DNA of 44,350 nucleotides, from positions 1 through 44,350 of the forward strand of contig JAISXO010000046.1 of the NCBI GenBank assembly GCA_031270475.1, read 5' to 3'. Position numbers and translations under genes: made by a program. The notes beneath the pieces were generated by a model. It was not told the DNA's origin and made no database searches. It saw nothing but the letters and a program-made list of their open reading frames with translations. The DNA is from Puniceicoccales bacterium (GTDB taxonomy: Bacteria > Verrucomicrobiota > Verrucomicrobiia > Opitutales > LL51). Positions 8,597 to 18,465 of the stretch are shown here, one piece after another; positions within the stretch are counted from its first letter, which is position 1, and every line of letters begins with the position of its first letter.

Positions 8597-9840
8597 AATG
8601 GGGTCATACTTTAACTTTAATTTTTATTATTTTAGTATTGTGTGTACTCAATTGGCAATTATTTCGTACGGCGAGGTCTCCAAACGGAGAAACGTTAGTC
8701 AATGATACCTTTTCTTTGGAGCAAAAAATTCGTAAGATTTGTATTATATTTCGAGAAGAACGCATCGAAATCGAAAAAAATGATCACAATGGCTGGCAAT
8801 TAACGGAACATTTCCATTGGGCGGTCAATCCATTTGCGGTAAAAGAATTTTTCCGAGCATTTTTTGCGGAAAAAGTTCTCCCTGAGAATACAATCATCAT
8901 TTTGGAGCGGAAAGATGGCACTCAAACGACATTTATGTCGGACGATAGCGAGGCAGATGACCATTTCCGTGAAACGGAATTGATGCGTATTTTAAAACAG
9001 GGCATTAGTTTTTGGTGTGAAGGGAACCTGTGTCCTTTAAAACTTTGGGAAATTGCTCAAATTGATCTCATTTTCCACCAAACACAACAGAAATTTTCCC
9101 TTGTAAAAAAAGGAAATCGCTGGGAATTTTTAAATCCCATTGCTATCGAAGCCGATAATGAGGAAGTGGAAAAGTTTTTAAAACATATTATTGCCTGGGA
9201 AGTTTCACCTTTTAGAGATAAAAATTTACAAAACAACAACAATAGTGCCGTTGATTCGGAGGCAACCATGGAAAATATTGAAATTACGATGACTCTTTGC
9301 GACATCCGCCAACACCAGTTGAGTGTTCATTTAAAGAAAAAAGTTTTCGATTCAAATTCCAAAAGAGATGTGTATTTAGGCTATCTTTCAGGAAATGATG
9401 CCTATTTTTTTGTTCCGTTGAACGACGTATTTGACCATCCTTTACAATCTTTATGCCATCGGTCTCTATTTCCAGAAATTCATTCCGTTGCGCTGCGTTA
9501 CCGTGAAAAAAAATTATTTTTATCACGCAACGAATCGAGAAAGTGGAGTGCATTCAAACTTCAGGAAAAGGAGACAGCTTTGCAATTATTGGAAAATTTT
9601 GATGAAAAAAATATTTTATTGCATTTATCGCTCATTCGCCCTTTAGATGTGCGAGAAAAGTCGGCGCTCGATGCCGAATGGGATGATGGAAAATTGATTT
9701 TGGAAATCAATGAAACGTTAAAATTTGAGCTGGGTATTATAAAAAATGAGGCTTATCTCGTTCCCATTGATAAGCACTATGCCCTGAGAATTGAAAATAA
9801 TTCCGTAAAAAAATTGGTTGAAATTTTAGAAAAAGAGTAG
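8593..9840 (+). CDS. Membrane-anchored protein, DUF4340-like
   Basis: N-terminal TM, repeated K..W.L..P...A.N motifs, ATGA overlap with the GldG-like gene (typical pairing). Confidence 0.55.
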   Translation: MKWGHTLTLIFIILVLCVLNWQLFRTARSPNGETLVNDTFSLEQKIRKICIIFREERIEIEKNDHNGWQLTEHFHWAVNPFAVKEFFRAFFAEKVLPENTIIILERKDGTQTTFMSDDSEADDHFRETELMRILKQGISFWCEGNLCPLKLWEIAQIDLIFHQTQQKFSLVKKGNRWEFLNPIAIEADNEEVEKFLKHIIAWEVSPFRDKNLQNNNNSAVDSEATMENIEITMTLCDIRQHQLSVHLKKKVFDSNSKRDVYLGYLSGNDAYFFVPLNDVFDHPLQSLCHRSLFPEIHSVALRYREKKLFLSRNESRKWSAFKLQEKETALQLLENFDEKNILLHLSLIRPLDVREKSALDAEWDDGKLILEINETLKFELGIIKNEAYLVPIDKHYALRIENNSVKKLVEILEKE

Positions 9841-9847
9841 ATTGGCC

Positions 9848-10927
9848 ATGGGTGAAAATCGGAGAGTGACCGTAGCGATGTCCGGCGGAGTAGACAGTTC
9901 AGTTGCGGCGTTATTGGCGAAAGAATCGGGTAGGGAAGTGCGGGGTGTTTACATGCGCACCTGGCACAATGACGATGCGATTGCTCCCATTGGCAAATGT
10001 CCTTGGCGGGTTGATTCGGAGGATGCACGTCGGGTGGCGGATCAAATCGGAATTAATTTTGAAATCGTAAACATGATTGATTTTTACAAACAATGGGTCG
10101 TTAGGCCTTTAATTGACGGCTATCGCAGCGGTATTACACCCAATCCAGATATTTTATGTAATCAATTTGTTAAATTCGGAGCCCTGGCGGATATAGCGAA
10201 GGCCAATGGCAGTATGGCTCTTGCAACGGGGCATTATTGTAAAAAAAGAAAGAACATCGATGGAACATTTGATTTGGTTGAACCGGAGGATAAAAATAAG
10301 GATCAAACTTATTTTTTGGCCTATTTGAATCAGGACCAGATTAAATTGGCGGAGTTTCCGATTGCGGATTTGACGAAGGGCAAAGTACGCGCGTTGGCGG
10401 AAAGGGTGGGGCTTACAACGGCGCACAAAAAGGATAGCCAAGGAATTTGTTTTTTAGGAAAGGTCAAGGTACAGGATTTTTTAGCCCATTACATTGAAAA
10501 AAATCCGGGAAATATAATAAATTCTGAGGGAAAGATCGTTGGGAGACACGAAGGGTTACATAATTTTACCATTGGCCAGCGGCATGGATTGAATATTCCT
10601 TCCAATTCGGATTATAATTTTTACGTTGTAGTGGGAAAAGATCGAGAGCGCAATGAATTGAAAGTAGCCTTTGAAAGTGAAAAAATTTTATATCATCATC
10701 GGTTTAAGATTTACAATTTGAATTATACGAATCGAACATTTCCGGAACATTGCGATTTACTATGTCGGCCGCGTTATCGCGATCCTTATCAAGAAATTTA
10801 CTTCGAAAAAACCGCCTTGAATGAGGCAATAATTGAATTTAAGAAATCGCAGCGAGCATTGTCGAGTGGTCAGGTTGTTGCATTTTACAAGGAAGGCGTT
10901 CTTCTCGGTGGTGGAATTTATGCCTAA
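9848..10927 (+). CDS. mnmA: tRNA-specific 2-thiouridylase
   Basis: AMSGGVDSSVAA, TPNPDILCN, ATGHY, KDQTYFL, KDSQGICF. Confidence 0.97.
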   Translation: MGENRRVTVAMSGGVDSSVAALLAKESGREVRGVYMRTWHNDDAIAPIGKCPWRVDSEDARRVADQIGINFEIVNMIDFYKQWVVRPLIDGYRSGITPNPDILCNQFVKFGALADIAKANGSMALATGHYCKKRKNIDGTFDLVEPEDKNKDQTYFLAYLNQDQIKLAEFPIADLTKGKVRALAERVGLTTAHKKDSQGICFLGKVKVQDFLAHYIEKNPGNIINSEGKIVGRHEGLHNFTIGQRHGLNIPSNSDYNFYVVVGKDRERNELKVAFESEKILYHHRFKIYNLNYTNRTFPEHCDLLCRPRYRDPYQEIYFEKTALNEAIIEFKKSQRALSSGQVVAFYKEGVLLGGGIYA

Positions 10928-10928
10928 T

Positions 10929-11183
10929 TTATTTTAATCTAAAATTGTCTACATCACGCATCTTTCCCTTAGAATTGACAGCCGTGGCCCCATAAACAGT
11001 TGTCTGTCCTTTGCCTAATTTTTCTCCTAACGTTATAGTTGCTTTTTCCGGAATGGCCTCCAATGGATCCGGATTAGCAATTCGATATTTTGTAACATCT
11101 ATCGAATTATAATCTGCAATGGAGAAAGCCGAAAAAAGAATATCAAACGATAAAAGCGATACGATAGAATATGTTTTTTTCAT
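10929..11183 (-). pseudogene. Short signal-peptide ORF ending just after a protein-kinase subdomain-I-like motif; probably a truncated remnant
   Basis: MKKTYSIVSLL... leader; ITLGEKLGKGQTTVY resembles the kinase Gly-rich loop; no catalytic lobe. Confidence 0.4.
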
Positions 11184-11278
11184 AGCGCAAACCATTCTGA
11201 AGAATTTTACACAAACGCCAGGATGTTTTTAGCGAAAATTTTATTTCAAATTAAATTTTTGGCTTATTTTCAAAAGTT

Positions 11279-11362
11279 CACAGGCCCGCGGCTTCGCCGC
11301 GGGCCTGTGGAACAGGTCGAGGAACAATGTTCCTCGCGGGAACATGGGGCAGAGCCCCGTGG
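11279..11362. repeat. REP-like element: 14-bp-stem TTC/GAA hairpin, CGAGGAAC hairpin and CATGGGGC-AGA-GCCCCGTG hairpin
   Basis: Hairpins at 11279-11309, 11318-11336 and 11343-11361; core shared with 31-47, 2211-2227, 24741-24757 and 28471-28487. Confidence 0.88.
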
Positions 11363-11430
11363 TAAAACTCATCTAACGTTCCTAGTAACATTTGCTTGAA
11401 GATTGGCGCTTCTCTTTTAAACCTATTGCC

Positions 11431-12828
11431 ATGACTAAAAATCTGGAACAGGGAATGGTCTATGATATCGCCGTTATTGGTAGTGGATTAGCGGGTTTGA
11501 CGGCGGCCAATTATCTGGCAAAGTTGGGTTATCGAGTTGCGCTGTTTGAGCAACACTATGTTCTCGGTGGTCTCGCCGCTTATTTTTCCCGCAAAAATCA
11601 TATTTTTGATATTTCGCTTCATGGATTTCCCGGTGGAATGATTAAGTCCTGTAGAAAATATTGGTCTCCGGAAATTGCTGACCATATCGTCCAATTGAAA
11701 CGCATTCGTTTTGTAAATCCACAATTTGACATTGAAACAACTTTTACCCGGGAAGATTTTACGAGAATATTGATTGAAAAATTTTACATTACACCGGAAA
11801 AGGTTGAAAACTTTTTCAACAAATTACGCCAGATGAATTTTTACGATAACGATCGTCGATGTACGCGCGATATTTTTGAAGAATTTTTTCCGGGGCGCAG
11901 CGATGTGCATCGCCTGTTGATGGAGCCCATCGCCTATGCCAATGGGTCAACTTTGGACGACGCAGCGATTACCTATGGCATTGTGTTTTCTAATTTTATA
12001 GGTAAAGGCGTTTACACCTTTGAGGGCGGAACGGATCTGCTCATAAAAAAAATAGCCGAGGAATTGACGCACAACGGTGTGGATATTTTTAAGCGTAGTA
12101 GAGTTGAAAGAATTTTGTTAAACAACGCTCGAGTGGTTGGTGTCCACGCCAATGGAGTCGATGTGAAATGTCGCGCCATTTTGTCCAATGCGCATGTTTT
12201 GAATACGGTTGAAAATCTCGTTGGCAAGGAACATTTTTCGTCGGAATTTTTGACAAAAGTTAGTAAAACGCGGATCAATAATAGTTCCTGTCAGGTTTAT
12301 ATCGGTATTAAATCGGCAGAAACCATCGATGATATCGGCGATTTAATTTTTACTTCCGAAAATGAACGCTTTGATAGTGAAGAATTAAAAGATTTTTATA
12401 CCAAAAGTCGGACTTTCTCCCTCTACTACCCTAAAACTCGGCCAAATGAAAAGCCCATGTACGCAATCGTCGCATCGATGAATGCCAATTGGGATGATTG
12501 GAATCGTTTGGATGGCGAAAACTATCGGCGCGAAAAAAATCGAATCATTGAAGAAAGTGTTCAATGTTTGGAAAAATTTGTTCCCCATATTCGCGAAAAA
12601 ATTGATCATACCGAATCCGCTACGCCTAAAACATTTTTTCGATATACTAACCATCCCTGTGGAACTTCTTTTGGAACAAAATTCGAAGGACTTGAAATCT
12701 CAATGGGACTTCCTGAGGAAATTCCTGGACTTTACCATGCCGGTTCCGTTGGGATTATTATGTCGGGGTGGCTTGGGGCGATGAATTATGGTGTAATCGC
12801 AGCCCATAAACTCGCAAGCCATCTATAA
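11431..12828 (+). CDS. Phytoene-dehydrogenase-like FAD-dependent oxidoreductase
   Basis: VIGSGLAGL Rossmann motif, [25 protein letters not shown]. Confidence 0.85.
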   Translation: MTKNLEQGMVYDIAVIGSGLAGLTAANYLAKLGYRVALFEQHYVLGGLAAYFSRKNHIFDISLHGFPGGMIKSCRKYWSPEIADHIVQLKRIRFVNPQFDIETTFTREDFTRILIEKFYITPEKVENFFNKLRQMNFYDNDRRCTRDIFEEFFPGRSDVHRLLMEPIAYANGSTLDDAAITYGIVFSNFIGKGVYTFEGGTDLLIKKIAEELTHNGVDIFKRSRVERILLNNARVVGVHANGVDVKCRAILSNAHVLNTVENLVGKEHFSSEFLTKVSKTRINNSSCQVYIGIKSAETIDDIGDLIFTSENERFDSEELKDFYTKSRTFSLYYPKTRPNEKPMYAIVASMNANWDDWNRLDGENYRREKNRIIEESVQCLEKFVPHIREKIDHTESATPKTFFRYTNHPCGTSFGTKFEGLEISMGLPEEIPGLYHAGSVGIIMSGWLGAMNYGVIAAHKLASHL

Positions 12829-12843
12829 TGCCGTCGGTAAATC

Positions 12844-12916
12844 AAAAAGATCCGTCCGGCACTTCATGCCGGACCAGGCAACCTCGTTGCCGATCCCTTC
12901 GGGATCGGGCCTTTTT
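12844..12916 (-). repeat. Four-way-junction palindromic element in reverse orientation; may also act as a bidirectional terminator
   Basis: Stem 12844-12853/12907-12916; hairpins 12854-12874, 12877-12891 and 12892-12906; between convergent genes with A/T-run flanks. Confidence 0.85.
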
Positions 12917-12954
12917 AAAAAAACCAAGAAACCGCAGAGTTCCTGCGAGACATA

Positions 12955-13701
12955 TTACCCCTGTGACTGTACTTTCGGAACATAGGTATACCCAATGCCG
13001 TGGGAAGTACGAATGACGTCATCGGTTTCGATACCGTGTGCACTAAACATCTTTCTAAGTTTAACGATATACTGATCCAAGGAACGACTTTTAACATTTG
13101 CGTGTTCTCCCCAAACGTTATGGATAATACTTTTCCGACTGAGAATAAGATGAGGATTTCGGGCGAGATAGGATAGGATTCCAAATTCCTTACGTCCAAT
13201 TTTTTCGAAGGAGCCATCTTTGAATCGAATTTCCAGACGACTTGGATCGACTTCTGTACCCAAAAACTCAAAGGTTCCATCGGTGAGAGAAGTATTTGCG
13301 GTCAATTGAGCATCTCCCGAACGGCTTGTCCGACGCAACACGGCGGATATCCTCGACAATAGCTCGCTCAATCCAAAAGGTTTTGTCATGAAATCATCAC
13401 CACCAGCCTCCAAGCTTGCGACTTTGATCTCTTCCCTATTTTCACCTGAGATGAAAATAGTGGGAATCGAGATACTTCTTTTCTTTAAATCTTCGAGTAA
13501 GGATAGACCATCTTTCCCTGGAAGATTAAGATCCAGTAACATTAGGTTCGAAAAGGAACGTTGTAGAAATCTCAATGCATCATCTGCATTATAAAACTTC
13601 TGCGCGTCCATTCCGGATACCTGCAGTTGCCTTTCAATCAATTCGGATAATTCACTATCATCCTCTACAACCAAAATCAGGGGTTTTACTTTCGCTGCCA
13701 T
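12955..13701 (-). CDS. OmpR/PhoB-family response regulator (no cognate kinase adjacent)
   Basis: ILVVEDD, LLDLNLPG, DDFMTKPF, C-terminal winged helix (IRTSHGIGY). Confidence 0.93.
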   Translation of the reverse strand: MAAKVKPLILVVEDDSELSELIERQLQVSGMDAQKFYNADDALRFLQRSFSNLMLLDLNLPGKDGLSLLEDLKKRSISIPTIFISGENREEIKVASLEAGGDDFMTKPFGLSELLSRISAVLRRTSRSGDAQLTANTSLTDGTFEFLGTEVDPSRLEIRFKDGSFEKIGRKEFGILSYLARNPHLILSRKSIIHNVWGEHANVKSRSLDQYIVKLRKMFSAHGIETDDVIRTSHGIGYTYVPKVQSQG

Positions 13702-13903
13702 AATTGTTAAGAGGTATTGCATCTAAGAAACTTTTGTCAAGCGTAATTTACTCAGTTTTTTTAAAAAATTCTAATTTATCTTTTTTTTAGCAGTAAATAC
13801 CTAGGAAAAAGAGCATTTCGAAAAAAAACAAAAATAATTTTCGAAAAGAGTTGTATTCTGCAAAAGGCGTGTTACTAGTAGCTGAAATTTTTTAAAACAA
13901 ACC

Positions 13904-15052
13904 ATGAATACGAAAAAACGCATCATTATTTTTGGGGCGACCGGATCCGTTGGAACGACGGTTTTGGAAGAAATTGCCTGTTTTCGAGAACATTTTGAAG
14001 TTGTAGGAGTTTCTTGCCATTCGAATATCGAATGTGCCGAAGGAATTATTAAAAATTTTTCCATTGGAGCGGTGGCGGTGACGAATTCTAGGATTTCTGT
14101 TCCGAAAAATCTTTGTGGAAAAATCTTTCGCGGAATTGATGGCTTAACCGCCATGGTAGAATCGCTCGAATTCGATATCCTGGTTGTTGCGATGACCGGG
14201 ATTGATGGTTTACGGGTGGTACTGCGGGCAATCGATCGAGGAAAGACGATCATCCTGGCAAGTAAAGAGATATTGGTCGTTGCCGGAGAAATGGTAATGA
14301 ATTTGGCTAAAAATAAGGGAGCGACGATTTTGCCCCTCGATAGCGAACATAACGCGATTTTTCAGTGCACGCGAGGCGATAACCGTTTCATTGGACGGCT
14401 TTGGCTAACGGCTTCGGGCGGAAGATTTTGGAATCAGGATCGCCAAACGATTGAAAATGCGACCGTCACCGAAGTATTGCGGCATCCCAAGTGGTCCATG
14501 GGAAAGAAAATTACGGTGGATTCGTCTACGATGGCCAATAAGGGCCTAGAAATCATCGAGGCAATGCATCTCTTTGGAGTCGAGCCAACGCGGATCGAAG
14601 TGGCCATTCATCCCGCTTGTACGGTACATTCTCTGGTCGAATTTTGCGATGGTAGCTTTCTTGCACAACTGTCGCCCGTTTCGATGAAGTACGCTGCACG
14701 CTACTGTTTGTTTTACCCGAAACGCGTCGATGCTCGGGAGCAATCCCTGGATCTCTTCCATTTGGGAGATTTACAATTCTTCCGTCCCGATCTTGAAAAA
14801 TTTTCATGTCTAAAACTGGCGATGGAGGTAGCTCAAGGTAAGCAAAGTCAGCGCATCGCCTATAATGCGGCCAATGAAGTCGCCGTGGAATTGTTTTTGG
14901 AAGAAAAAATTGCCTTAAAGGCGATTCCGGAAATTATTCGGGATACGTTGACCAAAATGGAGGATAAGAATTATACAACTTTAGAAGAAATTTTGGCGGT
15001 CAATCAGATGGCGCGGAGTAGGGCAGGACAATTAGCAAAACGGTTTTTCTAG
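13904..15052 (+). CDS. dxr: 1-deoxy-D-xylulose-5-phosphate reductoisomerase
   Basis: GATGSVG, LPLDSEHNAIFQ, HPKWSMGKKITVDSSTMANKGLE, NAANEVAV. Confidence 0.97.
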   Translation: MNTKKRIIIFGATGSVGTTVLEEIACFREHFEVVGVSCHSNIECAEGIIKNFSIGAVAVTNSRISVPKNLCGKIFRGIDGLTAMVESLEFDILVVAMTGIDGLRVVLRAIDRGKTIILASKEILVVAGEMVMNLAKNKGATILPLDSEHNAIFQCTRGDNRFIGRLWLTASGGRFWNQDRQTIENATVTEVLRHPKWSMGKKITVDSSTMANKGLEIIEAMHLFGVEPTRIEVAIHPACTVHSLVEFCDGSFLAQLSPVSMKYAARYCLFYPKRVDAREQSLDLFHLGDLQFFRPDLEKFSCLKLAMEVAQGKQSQRIAYNAANEVAVELFLEEKIALKAIPEIIRDTLTKMEDKNYTTLEEILAVNQMARSRAGQLAKRFF

Positions 15053-15061
15053 GCTTTCTTT

Positions 15062-15138
15062 GGTGCACCCGTCCGCGGGGAACCCGCGGCGACCTTTCGA
15101 AGAAAGGTCGGGGAGGCTTCGCCTCCCACGGGTGCACC
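15062..15138. repeat. Perfect four-way-junction palindromic element
   Basis: GGTGCACCCGT/ACGGGTGCACC encloses CCGCGGG-GAA-CCCGCGG, CGACCTTTC-GAA-GAAAGGTCG and GGGAGGC-TTC-GCCTCCC with no unpaired junction base. Confidence 0.92.
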
Positions 15139-15220
15139 CAAACGCAACAAACGCAATGCAGCGTTCCAGGAATTTAATTTTCTTGAGCCCATGCGGATCT
15201 TTTTTTGACTTAACGGTGCC

Positions 15221-16120
15221 ATGGGTTTTGAAAATTTAGTCATTATTGGCAGTGGTTGTGCGGGGCTAACGGCGGCGATTTATGCAGCTCGAGCCGATTT
15301 AAATCCTTTCGTTATCGAGGGCGATCAACCGGGGGGCCAATTGATTCGGACGACTAACATTGAAAATTTCCCTGGATTTCCCGAAGGCATCAACGGCTTT
15401 GATTTGATGAGTAATATGCGTACACAGGCGGAAAAAATGGGTACCCGTTTTCGATCCGGTGTAGTTGAGCGCATCGATTTAAGAAGGAAGCTTATAAGTT
15501 GTGACGGCGATGGGATTGAGTCTCGAACAATAATTATAGCGACGGGGGCATCACCGCGCATGCTCAATATTCCTGGGGAGGAGGAATTTTTCGGGGGGAA
15601 GGGAGTGAGTACCTGTGCAACCTGCGACGGTGCATTTTACAAGAACAAAACCGTTGTAGTGATTGGAGGAGGGGATTCGGCCTGTGAGGAGGCTCATTTT
15701 TTGACTCGTTTTTGCGCGAAGGTTTATCTTATTCATCGGCGGGATCAATTACGGGCATCAAAAATCATGGCAGATCGAGTATTATCGAATCCGAAGATTG
15801 AAATTCTTTGGAATACTATTCCTCTTAAAATTTGTGGAGAAAAGAAAGTGACGTATCTTCAGCTAAAGGCTCAAAATAACGAGTATGATTTACCTTGCGA
15901 CGGCATATTTTTAGCAATTGGGCATATTCCTAATACGAAGATTTTTGCGGATCAAATTGAATGTGATTCGGAAGGATATATCCTTACGGATGGCGTTAGT
16001 ACGAAGATTTCGGGAGTATTTGTAGCGGGGGACTGTTGTGATCGGCATTATCGGCAAGCGATTACGGCGGCGGGAATGGGAGCGGCGGCGGGAATTATGG
16101 TGGAGCGCTATTTATCATGA
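15221..16120 (+). CDS. trxB: Thioredoxin-disulfide reductase
   Basis: IIGSGCAG, ENFPGF, CATCDG, GGGDSA, YRQAITAAG. Confidence 0.97.
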   Translation: MGFENLVIIGSGCAGLTAAIYAARADLNPFVIEGDQPGGQLIRTTNIENFPGFPEGINGFDLMSNMRTQAEKMGTRFRSGVVERIDLRRKLISCDGDGIESRTIIIATGASPRMLNIPGEEEFFGGKGVSTCATCDGAFYKNKTVVVIGGGDSACEEAHFLTRFCAKVYLIHRRDQLRASKIMADRVLSNPKIEILWNTIPLKICGEKKVTYLQLKAQNNEYDLPCDGIFLAIGHIPNTKIFADQIECDSEGYILTDGVSTKISGVFVAGDCCDRHYRQAITAAGMGAAAGIMVERYLS

Positions 16121-17112
16121 GTGATTCTTTTCGATTTAGGGTAGAAAATCCGGCGATTTCCAATCTGAGGCCAACGGCGCTTAGTGATTTCATGGGACAA
16201 AGTCGCGTACTCGAAAAGTTGCGCATTATGACATCGGCAGCCCTTCAGCGGCAAGAGCCTCTAAACCATATCCTGCTGAGTGGACCGCCTGGACTGGGAA
16301 AGACCACGCTAGCCATGATCCTAGCGGTTGAAATGCACGCGAATATTCGCATTGCGTCCGGTCCGGTGATCGAGAAGGCGGGGGATCTCGCGGGCATGCT
16401 GACCGGGCTAGAATATGGCGACGTCCTATTCATCGATGAAATTCACCGCCTCTCGAAAACGGTGGAGGAATATCTTTATTCCGCGATGGAAGACTATCGT
16501 ATCGACGTGATAATTGATCAGGGGCCGAATGCACGAAGTATCCGTTTGGACATCCCAAAATTTACACTTATCGGTGCAACGACGCGTACGGGTCTATTAA
16601 CTTCCCCCCTGCGAAGTCGTTTCACATTACAGGCGCGCTTGGACTATTACGAGGCGGAAGATTTGTCAAAAATTTTGGAGCGAAGTGCGAAACTTTTAAA
16701 TATCGCCATTCAAGGGGAAGCAGCCTTTGAGATCGCACGCCGCTCCCGGGGAACGCCGCGAATTGCAAATAATTTATTATTTTTTGTGCGCGATTATAGC
16801 CAACAAAATTCAAAAGAAATTACCTTGGTCCATGCCCAAGAAGCTCTCTCACTATTAGATATCAATGAACATGGGTTGGACGAAATGGATAAGCGGATAT
16901 TGGAAGTGATTGGGCAGAACTATGGCGGCGGACCGGTCGGTGCGAATACCATTGCCATTGCGATTGGTGAGGAGCGACAGACATTGGAAGAGGTCCACGA
17001 GCCTTTTCTGATCCAGGAAGGGTATCTCCAACGTACTCCCCAGGGCCGTGTATTGACCTCCAAGGCTTGGCAATTAATCGGGATTAATCAAAAGCAGGAG
17101 GATTTTTTTTAA
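16117..17112 (+). CDS. ruvB: Holliday junction branch-migration helicase RuvB
   Basis: LRP..., GPPGLGKTTLA, FIDEIHRL, FTLIGATTR, RGTPRIAN, RTPQGR. Confidence 0.97.
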   Translation: MSDSFRFRVENPAISNLRPTALSDFMGQSRVLEKLRIMTSAALQRQEPLNHILLSGPPGLGKTTLAMILAVEMHANIRIASGPVIEKAGDLAGMLTGLEYGDVLFIDEIHRLSKTVEEYLYSAMEDYRIDVIIDQGPNARSIRLDIPKFTLIGATTRTGLLTSPLRSRFTLQARLDYYEAEDLSKILERSAKLLNIAIQGEAAFEIARRSRGTPRIANNLLFFVRDYSQQNSKEITLVHAQEALSLLDINEHGLDEMDKRILEVIGQNYGGGPVGANTIAIAIGEERQTLEEVHEPFLIQEGYLQRTPQGRVLTSKAWQLIGINQKQEDFF

Positions 17113-17251
17113 AATGATGAAAATATCTTAATATTTGTTATGCAAAGCTGTTAATGTTTTTGTTGATTCTTCCGAAATTTAAAAAAATATTGTGAAGGCG
17201 TTAAAATACTTGTTTGTTTTTTTTTATTTTCGTAAAATCAATTATCGTTTT

Positions 17252-18017
17252 ATGATAGTAGTTCGAGATAGTTCAAGTTCAGGTTATTCTTATGCAGATC
17301 TCAATGCTGAAGCGAAAAAAAGAGGTTTGCTCTCAGCAATGATAAAAATTTTTTACTGATACGCCAACGGGATGGTTCTAAAATTACTAGAACTTTAGTT
17401 GATATGTCAAAACTTTCTGAAGCGAGCCGAGTAATCCTTTTATCTAGACTTACTGAAAAAGGAAGCGGTAAAGATATGAAAAACTTGAAAGGAACATTGC
17501 AGCAATATGTCAAACAACTTGAAACAGAAAACACTTCAGGAATAAAGACCATGGAATATAAGAAAGGGGAACTTAGTTCCACTAAAACTGCGAAGGCTGA
17601 AGAACTTCAAAAGATGATGAGCCCATTAATAGTGGAGGAAAAACCGATAACAAAAATAACAGTCGGCTCAATGGAATATGCGATTCCTGCCAAAGCAATT
17701 TCTGAAGCTGGGGTTGATGAGGGTTATGTTGAAAAAGCAATCCAACATGGAAAGCAATTATTAGATGAAATCAATGCTTTATCGGAAGCGATTGAAGGTG
17801 TACCGTATGTTCTCCGATTAAATCGCGCCAAGCTATGGTCGATTTAATGTGGGCATTGGATGCCGAAGCTTGGCAAGTTGATGAACATTATCAGTCGGGG
17901 TCAAGTTCAATGTATGTTTCTGGAACAAAAATATATGATGCATTAGCACATGCAAAACAACCAGATGGAATCTCTTTGTGTTATTCACGTGGAGGCCAAA
18001 ACGACAGTTCCCATTAA
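17252..18017 (+). pseudogene. 5' part of a frameshifted orphan gene (segments 17252-, 17404-17847, 17835-18017), cut at the inversion breakpoint
   Basis: Successive overlapping ORFs in different frames; last segment ends ...GGQNDSSH* and continues in frame as DSSHLQPF on the minus strand from 34743. Confidence 0.6.
18002..18015. repeat. 14-bp inverted repeat, left arm (CGACAGTTCCCATT); inversion breakpoint
   Basis: Exact reverse complement of 34730-34743. Confidence 0.9.
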
Positions 18018-18262
18018 TACATAACTATTTGCATAGCATTTCCGTCCACCCATGGCGTTCTAAAACCTTTTTCTATGTAATAAATTTTCCAACCCTCGGC
18101 GATTTTTTGCGAATTGGATTGGTCTTTTACCTTTTGTGCTTTGAGTTTTATGGCACTCATTGCCGACAGAAGAATCGCTAGTAAAATGCCGATGGCGGAA
18201 ATAGTAAAAACAATTTCAACTAATGCAAAGGATTTACTTTTACTCTTTACGCGTTGCTGCGT
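18014..18262 (-). pseudogene. N-terminal half of a pilin-like gene with ACG in place of ATG and no -10 box
   Basis: (T)QQRVKSKSKSFALVEIVFTISAIGILLAILLSAMSAIKLKAQKVKDQSNSQKIAEGWKIYYIEKG...; nearly identical to 35440-35620. Confidence 0.88.
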
Positions 18263-18334
18263 TGTGAATTAATCGTGTCAAGAGGAAAATACAAATTTTT
18301 TTATTTTTTGGAAATTATTTTTTCGGAAAAAATC

Positions 18335-18396
18335 ACTTGACAAGTACCAGGTTTAGGCCAAGACTAGCAAATAGAGGGTGGGAGCAAGCGGCATGT
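18335..18396 (+). promoter_or_regulatory. 62-bp promoter-leader element, copy C (TTGACA-N17-AAGACT plus leader), divergent from the pilin remnant and reading into lysS
   Basis: Gapless alignment with copies A, B and D. Confidence 0.7.
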
Positions 18397-18465
18397 AAAA
18401 ATTTTTCACCCTTCGATTTCTCTTTACTTTGAAAAAGTTCCATTTAGGGTCCCTCTAGTTTCACG

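Noticed and set aside
15062-15138. tRNA gene (cloverleaf of tRNA-like size)
   Set aside because: Loops are 3 nt; there is no 7-nt anticodon loop, D loop or T loop and the stems are too long. The same holds for the other four-way elements.
18372-18392. Canonical G-quadruplex in the 62-bp element
   Set aside because: Only two GGG tracts plus a GG, and copies A and B break them; mentioned only as an analogy.
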